A DNA stretch of 64,000 nucleotides from assembly GCA_951406725.2 (NCBI GenBank), contig OX597814.1, positions 12,338,001 to 12,402,000 of the forward strand, written 5' to 3'. The stretch comes from Octopus vulgaris. Its lineage: Eukaryota. The translations under genes were made by a program, and so were the position numbers. Below, piece after piece: positions 44,602 to 58,929 of the stretch (its first letter is position 1; every line of letters starts with the position of its first letter). The notes under the pieces are model-generated. The model was not told where the DNA came from and ran no database searches. It worked only from the letters and a program-made list of their open reading frames with translations.

Positions 44602-44730
44602 TACGAAAATGATTGCCAAATGTGTCTTTGAAATTCTTCGCATTGTGCACTTTTTTTTTAGCGTGTATGTTTTGTGCTGCAAAATATTTTTGATAAAATT
44701 TTACATTTAATGCCAGTGAAAATACACCCA

Positions 44731-45125
44731 TACTCTCTTTTACTCTTTTACTCTTTTACTCTTTTACTCTTTTACTTGTTTCAGTCATTTGACTGCGGCC
44801 ATGCTGGAGCACCGCCTTTAGTCGAGCAACTCAGTACTTATTCTATCGGTCTCTTTTGCTGAACCGCAAAGTGACGGGGACGTAAACACACCAGCATCGG
44901 TGGTCAAGCAATGCTAGGGGGACAAACACAAACACACACACACACATATATATACATATATACGTCAGGCTTCTTTCAGTTTCCGTCTACCAAATCCACT
45001 CACAAGGCATTGGTCGGCCCGGGGCTATAGCAGAAGACACTTGCCCAAGATGTCACGCAGTAGGACTGAACCCGGAAGCATGTGATTGGTTAGCAAGCTA
45101 CTTACAACACAGCCACTCCTGCGCC
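44731..45125 (-). mobile_element. SINE family B
   Basis: Colinear with 13931-14338; (tactcttt)n tail on the plus strand. Confidence 0.9.
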
Positions 45126-45663
45126 TTTATAATGCTTTTTTTTTTTTGAGTTGGGCGTCCTGCTTTCAGTATTTTGCAAGCATGGAGGAAAATAGGGATA
45201 AAAGATTGTTTAAAAGCATTTATTTTATTCCTGGACCTATATGAAATGTTTTCCAAATTAATCAACAATTCCGTCTATGAGAAAAACTTCAAAAATTTGT
45301 TTCTCTGCAGTAATTATAAATAATTAGTATATTTATAAATAGTTAGGTAGTTGTTATTGAAACCATCTATTGTAATTAATGAGTTTTCTTTCAACACTTC
45401 CTGAGTTCAAAGTCACTGAGCAGCTGCTATCTAATATTTCTAATTAGGATTCGTAATTCCAAATTGAATCCATTCAGCTGCCTATAAAACATAGGTTCTA
45501 TTTTCTGTTTTAGAATTATTACTTATAATAGCCAATTATATAATTGCATATAATTGAATATATTTATCTGTTAAGATAAGCGACTATCTTAAATGACGTG
45601 ACTATCGCATCCTTAACTTTGTGAGTCAAACACGCTTTTCCACTTTGATTTATTTGATTTATG

Positions 45664-46043
45664 GCGCAATGGCCCAGTGGTTAGGGCAGCGGACTCGCGG
45701 TCATAGGATCGCGGTTTCGATTCCCAGACCGGGCGTTGTGAGTGTTTATTGAGCGAAAACACCTAAAGCTCCACGAGGCTACGGCAGGGGATGGTGGTGA
45801 TCCCTGCAGTACTCTTTCACCACAACTTTCTCTCACTCTTACTTCCTGTTTCTGTTGTACCTGTATTTCAAAGGGCCGGCCTTGTCACTCTCTGTGTCAC
45901 GCTGAATATCCCCGAGAACTACGTTAAGGGTGCACGTGTCTGTGAAGTGTTCAGCAACTTACACGTTAATTTCACGAGCAGGCTGTTCCGTTGATTCGGA
46001 TCAACCGGAACCCTCATCGTCGTAACCGACGGAGTGCTTCCAC
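45664..46043 (+). mobile_element. SINE family C, full length
   Basis: 12-bp TSD atttgatttatg; near-identical to the 33069 copy. Confidence 0.93.
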
Positions 46044-47190
46044 ATTTGATTTATGAAGATGATCATTAGTAAATTTATTTGAAAAGAATTTTTAGCTGAA
46101 TTTTTGAAAATAATTATTATTAACGTGATAAATAGCAGCTAGTACCTAAGACCATAAATTGGAAAATTTCAGATGAGAAGGTTCAATCATGTATGTCTCT
46201 TCTTTTTATTATAGATGTTATATGACAATATACCCGTATGACTGATTACCTGAAATTCACGAGAATGCACATAAGTATTGGAGGAAGTTTACTCGTTTGA
46301 AAACACTAAAAATGCAAGTCCAGTATTTTAATGCAGTCGTATCTCTATTTTCGTTATGATCCACACACCCTTAAGGAAACAAGTTACTTCTTATCTGACA
46401 TTTGTGATATTTAAAATGGCTGAGAAATTGCTTGGAAGAATGCGAGAATATAAAAAGGAAAACATATCTACATCTGTTATTCAACTTTTCAATATAAAAG
46501 CCCCAATTGCATGTTCACACAGATTTTTACGTATTTTCCATTAGGGAAAACTGAGATGTGCTTCTATTTCACACATTTCCATTAAGTAACTTATTTCTGG
46601 TCTGCGTCAAATTTCAATCGAAAAAGATATAAAATGCATGTACATTTATATTATATACAATTGTTAAATGAACTAGTTAAAAATTTCTATAAAACACTGC
46701 GAAACAAATTTATATGAAAACATCATACTTACAAACTCAATAAAATTTGCTGTCTTAAGAATTTGATCCATCTTACTTATATGCGAGTTCACATTTCTCA
46801 TTTTACTACTTGTATTTCGTAGTTCTTTGCCATTACTCCCATCCATTATATTGTTGACGTTTCCCATTTATATTTAGCATTAACTTTGATAATTTACCCC
46901 CTTTTTTTTTCCTTTAAGAAACATGATCTTCGCCAGAAAGGAATCCTTTCTTATCAATGTTCAGCTATATTCTGATATTAGGAGCAAATACACGGACCTT
47001 TCATGGAAGTAGCATGGCTGCAACAAAGCAGACGATTTTGTTTTATGTTTATCTCTTTACAACATTTTCTTTTAACCATAAAATGAAAAGGAGAAAGAAA
47101 AACATTATTTGCACCAAATAAACATATGAATTGCACATAAAAAAATCGCATTTGCAGTCAGATTTGATCTGCAAATGCAATCCCCACCCA

Positions 47191-47342
47191 GTATGTATGT
47201 ATGTATGTATGTATGTATGTATGTATGTATGTATGTATGTATGTATGTATGTATGTATGCATGCATGGATGCATGTATGTATGTATGTATGCATGTATGT
47301 ATGTATTATGTATGTATGTATGTATGTATGTATATATGTATG

Positions 47343-47376
<34 letters not shown>

Positions 47377-47645
47377 TGTATGTATGTATGTATGTATGTA
47401 TGTGTGTACGTACGTACGCATGTATGTATGCATGTATGTATGTATGTATGCATGCAAGCATGCATGTATGTATGTATGTATGTATGTATGTATGTAGGTA
47501 TGTATGTATGCAAGCATATGTGTATGTATGCATGAATGCATACATGTATGTATGTATGTATGTGTGTACGTACGTACGCATGTATGTATGCATGCATGTA
47601 TGCATGTATGTCTATATATATATGTACATATGTACGTACACATAC
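47191..47645. repeat. (GTAT)n-based compound microsatellite with higher-order duplication
   Basis: Directly visible; tgtgtgtacgtacgtacgcatg recurs at ~47401 and ~47562. Confidence 0.95.
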
Positions 47646-47789
47646 ACCCACAACCACGCTAATAGCTTAGAAGTGAAATTTAGGATTTCTCGGTTTTCCC
47701 AGCTGGTTTTCACACTATGGCAACACCATTGTTATATTTTCATTATTCTGAGTAATGTCCTTTCCCTTTTTTTCAGATTCTTCTAATAG

Positions 47790-49438
47790 CTAATAGCTTT
47801 CGAAAGAAAATAGCCCATGTAGACATTTTTTCTTCAGAAAATAAAGGTTAATGATATATATTAAGCATACATTAAATATAGAAAATCATAATATTATAAC
47901 ATTTATTGACATAATGAAGTATTCAACTTGTATAACTCAATATCCTAAAATACTATACCTAATAATAAATATTAAATTAATTCTAACTATTAATACAACA
48001 CAACATAATAATTTATAAATCATAATTATAAAATAAATTTACATTAACTATTTTATACTCGAATACCAATATAATTTAAATATCATTAAGACCTCTAACT
48101 ATTTCTATGATATCTAAATAATATTTATATACTACACATACACAAAAAAAGGAATTAATATATTTATCCTGAGTTACATTTAAGTATAAAAATCAACCAC
48201 CACAGACCCCAATACTCAATTTATAAAATACATATCATTTCGACGGATTACTTCAAAAACCTAATTATTCATGGAATCTGTCAATTTCTTAATAGTAGCA
48301 GATTGGCTGCCTCTGCTGCAGCTTTGATGGTCGCCCATAAGACATCTTTCGACGTAGATTGGTGTCCATCAGCATAAACATCTTGTTAAAATGGAGCAAA
48401 GGTTTTTCGATAGGATTGAGATTTGGAGATGCTAGCGGCCCCACCATCAAACTGTCACCTTGTATGCCATAAAACCCCTATGAATGTTTGGGTGCTCCTA
48501 GCAGAGTGGGAGGGATCGTTGTCATGCATGAATTCGTGATTCCTTAGAAGTGACAGCGGTATGTCATCGGCGAGCTGGCAGAAACGTTAGCACGCCGGGC
48601 GAAATGCTTAGCGGTATTTCGTCTGAGTTACGTTGTGAGTTCAAATTCCACCGAGGTCGACTTTGCCTTTCATCCTTTCGGGGTCGATAAATTAAGTACC
48701 AGTTACGCACTGGGGTCGATGTAATCGACTTAATACCTATGTCTGTCCTTGTTTGTCCGCTCTGTGTTTAGCCCTTGTGGGTAATAAAGAAATAGGTATG
48801 TCATCTAGCTAGGGATCCAGGACCTCATTCAGGAGATTGCAGTAGGCGGCTGCGCTCACTTTAACCTCTTTAGGCACACTTGCTGGACCAATAAGTCTGT
48901 CCCCAATGATACCAGCCAACCACATGACTCCTCCACCCTGTTGTTGACGTCGTAAACGTTGATGACCCTCATCTGCGAAACAGACCCAAATATTTGCCCA
49001 AGTGTCAAGTTCGTCAAGCGTAGCCCTTGTTTCATCAGTGAACAGAACATAACTAATGACTAACATCATGTAATTTTGGGCCCATTGAAGGAGACACTTT
49101 CAGTGGTTCTCACACAGAAGCCATGGTCTCGAGGATGCTATTTTTGGTGGTTTTTGGTAAATGAGTAAGTCCAGAGGTAGTGAAAATAGCTTTGCTTATT
49201 TGTCCCGGTTTCCCACGTACCTTGCGGTCAATATTCCTTACATCCCTATCTGTCATAATCTTGGAGGTTCCAAAATCGGATCCTTTCTTCCTTCATTATG
49301 TCAATAAATGTTATAATATTATTATGGTTTTCTGTAAAATATACACTTAATGTATGCTTAATATGAATCAATAGCCTTTATTTTCTGAAAAAAAAAAGAA
49401 AATGTCTAGATGGGCTATTTTCATTCAAAAGCTGTTAG
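47790..49438 (-). mobile_element. Tc1-family DD37E (TRT-like) transposon, decayed, with long inverted subterminal repeats
   Basis: VLFTDETRATLD, RQQQGGGVMWLAGII, MHDN...SPNLNPIE (37 residues between D and E after correcting one frameshift). 47790-47919 is inverted relative to 49291-49438. Confidence 0.8.
48569..48794 (+). mobile_element. SINE family A nested in the DD37E transposase
   Basis: Perfect 11-bp TSD ggtatgtcatc. Confidence 0.95.
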
Positions 49439-49448
49439 TTTGGGTTGG

Positions 49449-49528
<80 letters not shown>

Positions 49529-49637
49529 GTATATATTTGTGTATATTTATATGTGAGTATATATGTATATATATTCACACACGCACGTATATGTATGTGA
49601 TTGTGTGTACATATATATATATGTACAAATGTATTTA

Positions 49638-49717
<80 letters not shown>

Positions 49718-50204
49718 GGATCTTTACCTTTAGACCGACAGATTAAAAAAATATTTTTTTGTAACTAAACACTTTCAAACTTCGTATACTGGTAGAATGT
49801 GTCACATAAAACATCTTTTACTCTTAGCGTTGTTGAGAAAGTTATTTATTGTTAAAGTTGTCGTTATTTCTTGTTAAAGTTGTCGTATTTCGGTAACTTC
49901 AACCAATCAATGACGTGTATTGACCTGAATAAAATTACTGCTGTTGTTTGTCAACAACAACTTCCGGTGGTGTGTGTGTGAGTGTGTGTATGTGTGTGTA
50001 CATGTGTGTGCGTGTGTATGTGTGTGCGCGCGCATGTGTGTGTGTTTATATATATCTGTAAAAACATGGCCGAACTGTTGAGAAATTTTAGTCACAATCA
50101 CGGGATCTCGGACTCGATCTAACTGCATACATGTGTGTGTGTGTATGTGTGCGTGTGTGTGTGTGTCTATATATATATATGCGTGTGTGTATGTATTTAC
50201 TACG

Positions 50205-50355
50205 AACTTCTTTCACTTTCCATCAATCTAATCTACTCACACAGCTTTGGTTGGATCGCGTCTTTGGTGGAAGACACTTGCCCAAGCTGTCACGCAGGGG
50301 AACTGAGTCCGGAACTACGTGTTTGGGAAGCAATCTTCTTACCATTCAACCACAC
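50205..50355 (-). mobile_element. Old SINE-B-related fragment
   Basis: gaagacacttgcccaag...gaactgagtccggaac. Confidence 0.65.
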
Positions 50356-50915
50356 CTTTGAAAGTAAAAACGGCTGGCAGTTACCTACCAGTCTTCGACT
50401 TTGTTGCCACCGTTGCAATCTTACAATGGCAATTAAGTCGAACTGAGTGTCAAACGCTGAGACAGACACAAGACAGACACACGACACATACACATATATA
50501 CATATATACATACACACAAAAGGAGAGGGAGAGAGATAGAGAGAGAGAGGGAGAGAGAGAGGGAGGGGGAGAGAGAAGGAGGGAGAGTGTGTGTTTCAGA
50601 GAATCTAATGAAAAAAAACATAAAACAAAGAAAAAAAACGAAACAGACACTACTCAACACTGCACAAAGTAGAGTAGTAATTTTTGTCGACTGAAATCAA
50701 TTCTGACGCCAACTTATAAACCCATTATATGAAAATTAACACATTTCGTCTGGCTCCCATATTGGAATCAACATGATGAATCAACAAAGTAAGTCATTTC
50801 CATGTTAGAAAACTTCCAGTAATTGTCAGAATATATATATATATATATATTTTTTTAAAAAAATTATAAGTATATGAAAGAATGGAGTTGAACGACTAGT
50901 TAACAAATATCCTTT

Positions 50916-51000
50916 ATTCTCGACATATGTTTCGAAGGCTGCATATTCCTAATTCCGAAGGAATAAGGAGTACATTATGCAGATTTCTCATCAGGAAAAT
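50916..51000 (-). ncRNA. Type-I hammerhead ribozyme with a canonical core
   Basis: attttc-CUGAUGA-gaa.tctgcata...tatgcag..ttc-GAAA-cauaug-UC-gagaat: stem I attttc/gagaat, extended stem II, palindromic stem III acauaugu. Confidence 0.8.
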
Positions 51001-51280
51001 CAAGGAACTTATGTCGACATCAAAATGCACAAAAAACTTTTATATATATATCTGTGTGTATGTGTATATTACACATACATATATATATATAACAAATGAG
51101 CAACGTCAAATAAAGCATCAGGCTCAAGAAGACAATACACAGACCGGTTCAGGAATCGAACTCACTACCTCATGATTTTGAGCCCAAAGCTCTAACCACT
51201 GAGCCATATATGTATATATATATATATTTATATATATATATATATATCTGTGCATGTGAGTGTGTACGTGTGTATATGCT

Positions 51281-51314
<34 letters not shown>

Positions 51315-52225
51315 AATGTGTGCTTGTGTATGTATATACATATCTGTATACATATATATGTACATGTATATATATATATATATATATACATATGTACACA
51401 AACACATACATACATACACACCTATATATATATATATATATTTATCTTTGTATATAATTTGTCTCTGTACAATATTAGAGCAGATATCAACAATATTTAA
51501 TCACATAACATTCTTCAAGCAGCTATTAAAAAAAAAAAAATTATTTGCGCCTATGAAAATAGCTGAAAATAAATCTGAAACATGTTTCAGAGGCATATAT
51601 TTTTGCATTTATTTTCTTTTACGTTAGTTTATCTTTTGGCTTCAGTAACCTAATATTTTCCTTTTTTCTACTTTAGAACTTTACCGAATTCTGATATATT
51701 ACTAATATCAATGTTTAAATTTCTAGATTTTTCCATACTAGACTTGCAATTGCATTTTTATTTACAATTTGATTTACGACCTTCGAAGTAATGTTTCAGT
51801 TTACTTTTTTACCAACAAATCTGTTTTCTCCATTCCTTTAGGCTTGCATATTCTATTGAAGCAAAGGTAAAATTAAATTTTGGAATTTTTCTTATATTCA
51901 GTTTAATCATCGAAAGTCAAGCGGAAGTAGTCTACATAAAATTGTTTTATAAGCATTTACCTTACAAGTTTTCAGATTATATATCATGTAGAAAATACAT
52001 ACCATGTGTTAACTATTTAACTGAAGATGATCCGACGAGACATTATCTAAATAATCGCCCAACCTACTAGAAATAGCAGACAAGTCTCCCTCAAGTTACA
52101 CTGTGACGTCATTAAAAATGCAACACAAAACAACGGTATGATAGCATTTATCATATACCTGTTCAAAAGTAGATGTCTGAAACTAAGCAATAGCAACAAT
52201 AAGTATACACACACACACACACACG

Positions 52226-52316
<91 letters not shown>

Positions 52317-52444
52317 ACATATGTGTGTATGTATATTCATATATATATATATATATGTATATATACACGTATATATACATATATATATATATATATGTAT
52401 AGAGTGTTAGGTGTGATGTACAGAATTGAATTTTGAGAAAATAA

Positions 52445-53507
52445 GTCGTCAGAATTTGGTAAAAAATCCTTTTATCTCTTCATTATTATATACTGTGTAA
52501 CTTCGATCATGCCTCTTTCAATTCCATGATTTTGCGTTAGAGAACATTAGTATAACACAAAACGTACTATCTCTGCTTTTCTTTGAAACATTCAACTTTG
52601 GAGAGAAGTTTTTGATGAAATGTAGTTCCATTGCGGATCGTCCCGTGCACATTTGTAAAAGGGGAAGAGTTTGAATTTTCCGTCGCTGCATATTTCCAGA
52701 TCCTTACTTAATGAAATCTTGCGTAATTTTTCTTGTCGGATATGTTGCCTGTGGATTCTTGCTCGTTGGCAGAGGGAAATATTTGTTTCGCCAATGTAAT
52801 TTTGTTTGCAGTTTGGACAGGTAATGTAGTATATGAGGTTTTGCGTTTTGCAGTTCATATCGGCATTTATTTTGAAAAGGGAACCGCAGTTGCATTTTAT
52901 GTGGGAACCACTTTCTAAGAATTTGAAGTTGTTGATATTTGTTGCATGCTCCACATCTCCTACCTCCACATTATTTTACTATGAATTCTGCTTTTGTGAA
53001 GTATTCTTTAAGATTTTTTGGTAGGCGTCTGCTATTCCTTTCTTTTTTTTTTTCAATCAGTGTTTTCATTTTGGGGCTTTGTAGGAGTATATGTAAGTTC
53101 AATTTTATGGCGTGAAAGATGTTGTTTATTCCAGGACTGTATGTGCTAATGAACGGAATCGTGTTTTCATTAACTTTTTCTTAGGTGTCCGTAGTTTCAT
53201 CGACTTTTTAATTCCCACATTATTTCTGCATTGTGAGGAAGCCTTTGAGTTCATTGAGTCGGATTTCACGTATTTTGTGTCAGTTACTATAGCACACATG
53301 TGTCTTGCGATGCTGTATGAGATGTTTCATATGATGTTACTCCGTAATCAGCATCTAAATGTAAAAGAAAAGCAGAGACAGTACGTTTTGTAAGTGTTAT
53401 ACTAATGTTTTCTAATGTTCTCAAAATCATGGAATTGAAAGTGATCGAACTTACATAGTATATAAAAATGAAGAAATAAAATGATTTTTTCCCAGACTTC
53501 TGACGAC
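52445..53507 (-). mobile_element. Penelope-like element fragment: GIY-YIG endonuclease flanked by inverted ~140-bp terminal repeats
   Basis: NCKTQNLIYYITCPNCKQNYIGET...R..IHRQHI (52592-52969); 52445-52585 is inverted relative to 53364-53507. Confidence 0.85.
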
Positions 53508-53555
53508 GTTATATATATATATAAAGGTGTCGGAATATATACATACATATATATA

Positions 53556-53867
53556 TAAAAACATGATGCCAAGGATTCAGCGGTACATATGTTTCGGGCC
53601 TTTATTAGACAGATTTATAACAATGCATAATGTATGTCTGTGGCCTTCTTCAGCCGCGCACAACAGCTTCCACAAGGACATGTGTTACATAAAAAATTCT
53701 TGGTTGGGGATGCAAATCCTCTCATTCGCGTACGACATAATGCGGCAACAGCATAGAATTGAAGCGTCCATCTCTTTCTTCTCTCAATGTAGAATCTACA
53801 GACATACATTATGCATAATAAAGGCCCGAAACATATGTACCGCTGAATCCTTGGCATCATGTTTTTA
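53556..53867 (-). mobile_element. ~310-bp foldback element carrying a canonical hammerhead motif (53580-53657)
   Basis: 52-bp perfect terminal inverted repeat; gcgg-CUGAAGA-aggcc...ggccc-GAAA-cauaug-UA-ccgc. Confidence 0.8.
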
Positions 53868-53961
53868 TTTTAATCATTTTACTCCACCACCTACACCACC
53901 AAACGGTATACACAGGTGCTTATAATTATCAAGTACTCATCCCGAATTTCTGTACTCAACT

Positions 53962-54090
<129 letters not shown>

Positions 54091-54516
54091 TAAGGTTACT
54101 ATTGGTGTTTTCATCCAAAATGGAAATGAGCGCCATTCCCCCATGTGATCGGCTTGAAAACTTTTTAAGATATTAAGATATTGTCTTAACATGAAGCCAA
54201 ACGGTAGCCTTAATACGCAGATAAAGAAATTTTATCCACCAATGCGGTGTTGAGCACTCATTCTCAATGTTCAATATTTACGTATATATATATATATGTA
54301 TATATATGTATATATATATATCAGTTATAAATTAGAACAAACAGTAAAAGGTTGTCATTATAGTACTCAGAGTTCGAATGCAGGAGCAAAGAGCTACGAT
54401 ACGTTCTTGTCGGCTATTAATGGCAAACTCCCAGTACAACTTGTTCTGATTTATAACATGTATAAATAATCCTCTCCTTCTCTAATATCGAGGTATCATT
54501 CTTGTGTTGATACATT

Positions 54517-55296
<780 letters not shown>

Positions 55297-55355
55297 ATTA
55301 TTATTGTTATTATTATTATTATTATTATTTTTATTTTTTATTATTATTATTACTT

Positions 55356-55407
<52 letters not shown>

Positions 55408-55554
55408 CATATATTAATAATAAAAGGGTAATATTAATTAATTAATTAATTAATTAATTAATTAATCAATTAATTTATAATTTTACCAAGTAGATCGGTA
55501 CGTTAAAATATCCTTTTTAGGTAAAATTATAAAAATATTTTATAATTATAAACA

Positions 55555-55748
55555 TAATTATAATTAGGGTTCAGTTAATTGCTTCACCACGCACCGAATT
55601 TAGAAATAAGAGTTAACATTCCTTTTCTACCACCATAAAGATCTCGCAGATAGTAATATACTTTTTATGGTAGCAGTAAAGGAATTTTAACTCTTATTTC
55701 TAAATTCGGTGCGTGGTGAAGAAATTAGCTGACCCCTACTTATAATTA
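55555..55748. repeat. Long hairpin / inverted repeat
   Basis: 35-bp perfect arm 55582-55616 versus 55687-55721 within ~85-bp imperfect arms. Confidence 0.85.
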
Positions 55749-55749
55749 T

Positions 55750-56162
55750 CTCTCTTTCTCTTTTACTTGTTTCAGTCATTTGACTGCGGCCATGCTGGAG
55801 CACCGCCTTTAGTCGAGCAAATCGACCCCGGGACTTATTCTTTGTAAGCCCAGTACTTATTCTATCGGTCTCTTTTGCTGAACCGCTAAGTGACGGGGAC
55901 GTAAGCACACCAGCATCGGTTGTCAAGCAATGCTAGGGGGACAAACACGGACACACAAACACACACACACATACACATATATATATATACACACATATAT
56001 GACGGGCTTCTTTCAGTTTCTGTCAACCTAATCCACTCACAAGGCATTGGTCGGCGCGGGGCTATAGCAGAAGACACTTGCCCAAGATGCCACGCAGTGG
56101 GACTGAACCCGGAGCCATGTGGTTGGTTAGCAAGCTATTTACCACACAACCACTCCTGCACC
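55750..56162 (-). mobile_element. SINE family B, full length
   Basis: Colinear with 13931-14338; possible TSD ttataattat. Confidence 0.9.
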
Positions 56163-56733
56163 TATGTTTATAATTATAGAATATTTGTATATATATATTA
56201 TATATACACAACATACAGGTGTAGTAAATAAATAGCTTGCTCTAATACAGTTCAACTATCACTCTTCTGTTGGCTATTTTTGACTTCACTTATCTAAAAA
56301 TGTTCGTTTTATGCGTATTCTAAACATTTGACTCCCGTAATATTGCGTCACAAACTTAGAAATCCAAATATCTGGTCAGAAAAAAAAACGCATCATAGTT
56401 TCAGACGGCAATGATAGGTTTGAATGTGCCCAGATGGAGTGTCTCATCGGAAGTGGGGACTGGCGTCATGCGATTTCTGTTTCGCAGATCACATCATCTG
56501 TCATCGTTTAATCTGCACTTGTTTATTTAAAGTGTTATCACTCTATTTTCACAACAAAACTAAATAACTAAAGGCATATATTTTTAGCTTTAAAGGACGT
56601 GCTAGTAGGTAAATCTTACTCCGTAACCAGTATCTAAATGTAAATTATTTATTTATAGATACACTACTTTTATCCATATATATGATTAAAAGGAGGATGT
56701 ATATCAATATTTAACTATTTAACTGTCAATGTA

Positions 56734-56773
<40 letters not shown>

Positions 56774-56778
<5 letters not shown>

Positions 56779-57157
56779 CTATATAAATGGCAGTTTGTCT
56801 GTGCGTTTTCTGTGTGTCTGTTTTCTCGTACCCTCACTCTGACCACGGCTTTCAACCGATTCTGATGAAACTTGACACACACATAGCCCAATGTCATAAT
56901 TCAAAACTAACGCAGCGAAAATTTTGAAAAGTTCCCCCAGTTCTGAAAAAAAAATCGATAAATTCGACATGGGGTCGAGAATCAGAAACCCAAACCACAG
57001 ACCGTCTAGGGGACGCAACTCCACCTTTTTTAACTCTCAAAAAAAAATTTACCATCATTTTTTTTCCATTTTTTTGCTATTTTTTGGCTATAACTCTCTA
57101 AAAATGCTTTATAGTTATTTCCCTTACAAACCTGAGCAACGCCGGGCGATACTGCTA

Positions 57158-57158
<1 letters not shown>
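56774..57158 (+). mobile_element. Non-autonomous Helitron-like element
   Basis: 5' TC, 3' hairpin plus CTAG, A|T insertion in (TA)n. Confidence 0.8.
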
Positions 57159-57251
<93 letters not shown>

Positions 57252-57279
57252 CACACACACACACACATATATATATATA

Positions 57280-57674
57280 CTAGCAGTATCGCCCGGCGTT
57301 GCTCGGGTTTGTAAGGGAAATAACTATATAAGCATTTTTAGAGAGTTATAGCCAAAAAATAGGGAAAAAATGCATTAAAAATGGAAAAAAATTAAGGTAA
57401 ATTTCTTTTTAAATCGTTGACACATCGTAGATATTTTTAGAGAGTTACTTCCCTTACATAATAGCAAAAAAATGCATTAAAATGGAAAAATATGATGGTA
57501 AATTTTTTTAAATCGTAGACTCATCGTAGACGCGCGCTAATACCCAGAAGGGCTCGATATGAATCACGACTATAAGATACCCGGTTTTGGTTACACTGCA
57601 CCGCAAAATGTGGGAGTCGTTACGAATCTAAATCGTAGGAGACAGACACACAACTTCACTCTTATATATAAAGA
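57280..57674 (-). mobile_element. Non-autonomous Helitron-like element with the same 3' end but a different 5' body
   Basis: ctagcagtatcgcccggcgttgctcgggtttg end is shared; the other end is cttatatataaaga|t. Confidence 0.75.
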
Positions 57675-58780
57675 TATAAGTCACGTAATTATATACACAT
57701 ACTTTGTTATATACACATTCTTAAAAGAAAATGTTATTTTGAATACAACATTTATAAAGAATAAAATATTTTTTGGTTTGTCTTAACCCTTTCGTTACTA
57801 TATTTCTGACCAAATTACACCCCTTATGTGTTTCAATTAATTTCTAACATAATCATAAATTAAGCCTGGTTTCATTAAACAACTATAACTTTTTTATTTA
57901 TTAATATATTAAAGTGATTTTTGGAAGATAAGTTAATGAAGTGTTCTCAACCAATTCTATACTATAATTTTTGTCATAAAGTGACTCTAATTGCAGGTAG
58001 ATACAGGTAAATTCAACAAAATATAAAATTATTAAAATTTTATTCAAACATCGCTATAGAAAATGGGTTATTAGCTAATATTCAATTGGGTATACAACAA
58101 AATTTTACGATAGAATTTGTTATTCTGGGTAACTTTCTGATACCCATAATAATATTTATGGCAAAATAGGCCTTAATTTAATTTAAGGTTGTGGGAAATA
58201 ACAAACTATCCTTTCTTTCGCTTTGTTTACGTTTAGCGTAATGATTTCAAATAGGCTCATTCGAAAAAGTAAAAAGAAATAGTTTAAGGCTTTATACTCT
58301 TCTGGGAAAGTCTGTGGCTTGGTGCAGTTTCTTCAGAAAAATCACCGAAAGAAACAGTTTTTAAATTTTCACTCCATTCAGGTACCAATTCATTTTCTTA
58401 ATCGCTGTCGGATTCACTGTTTTCACTTTAATAGCTGCAAACTTGCAAAGACAAAGGAGGAGAAGGGTGATAGCGTCAGTGAAACAGTCGCTCCCTTTGT
58501 GTGTGTGTGCGTTTGCGTGTGGTGTATCCCACATTAAGAAAAACATTTGACATATACACCAGAATGTGAGTTTTCTCTAAATTTTGCTTAATTGGGGTTG
58601 AAATTTTAAAAACCGGACCTGGCATGACCCGATGCATTCTACTCTTTAAAATGCTAGGTAAATTGTAATTGAAGAAATCCTATATTGTAGATTTCTATAA
58701 GTTACAAAGGGAGGCAGATAAAATCTGCCTTTTATAATAAGAGATATACATATACATATATATATATATGTATGTATGTA

Positions 58781-58826
<46 letters not shown>

Positions 58827-58929
58827 GATATATAGCTATATACTGATACATGCGTATACTCATACAGAGAAAAGGAAAATCCCTGTACATGTGTGCGTGT
58901 GTATGAGCGCGAGCGACGAAACGAAACGG

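Noticed and set aside
47920-48240. Strand-skewed AT-rich tract resembling a mitochondrial insertion
   Set aside because: No mitochondrial protein or rRNA motif was recognised. It lies between the DD37E transposase end and its inverted repeat, so it is more simply transposon 3' sequence.
57783-58300. TTAA-CCCT start suggestive of a piggyBac end
   Set aside because: No matching AGGG-TTAA opposite end or transposase was found.
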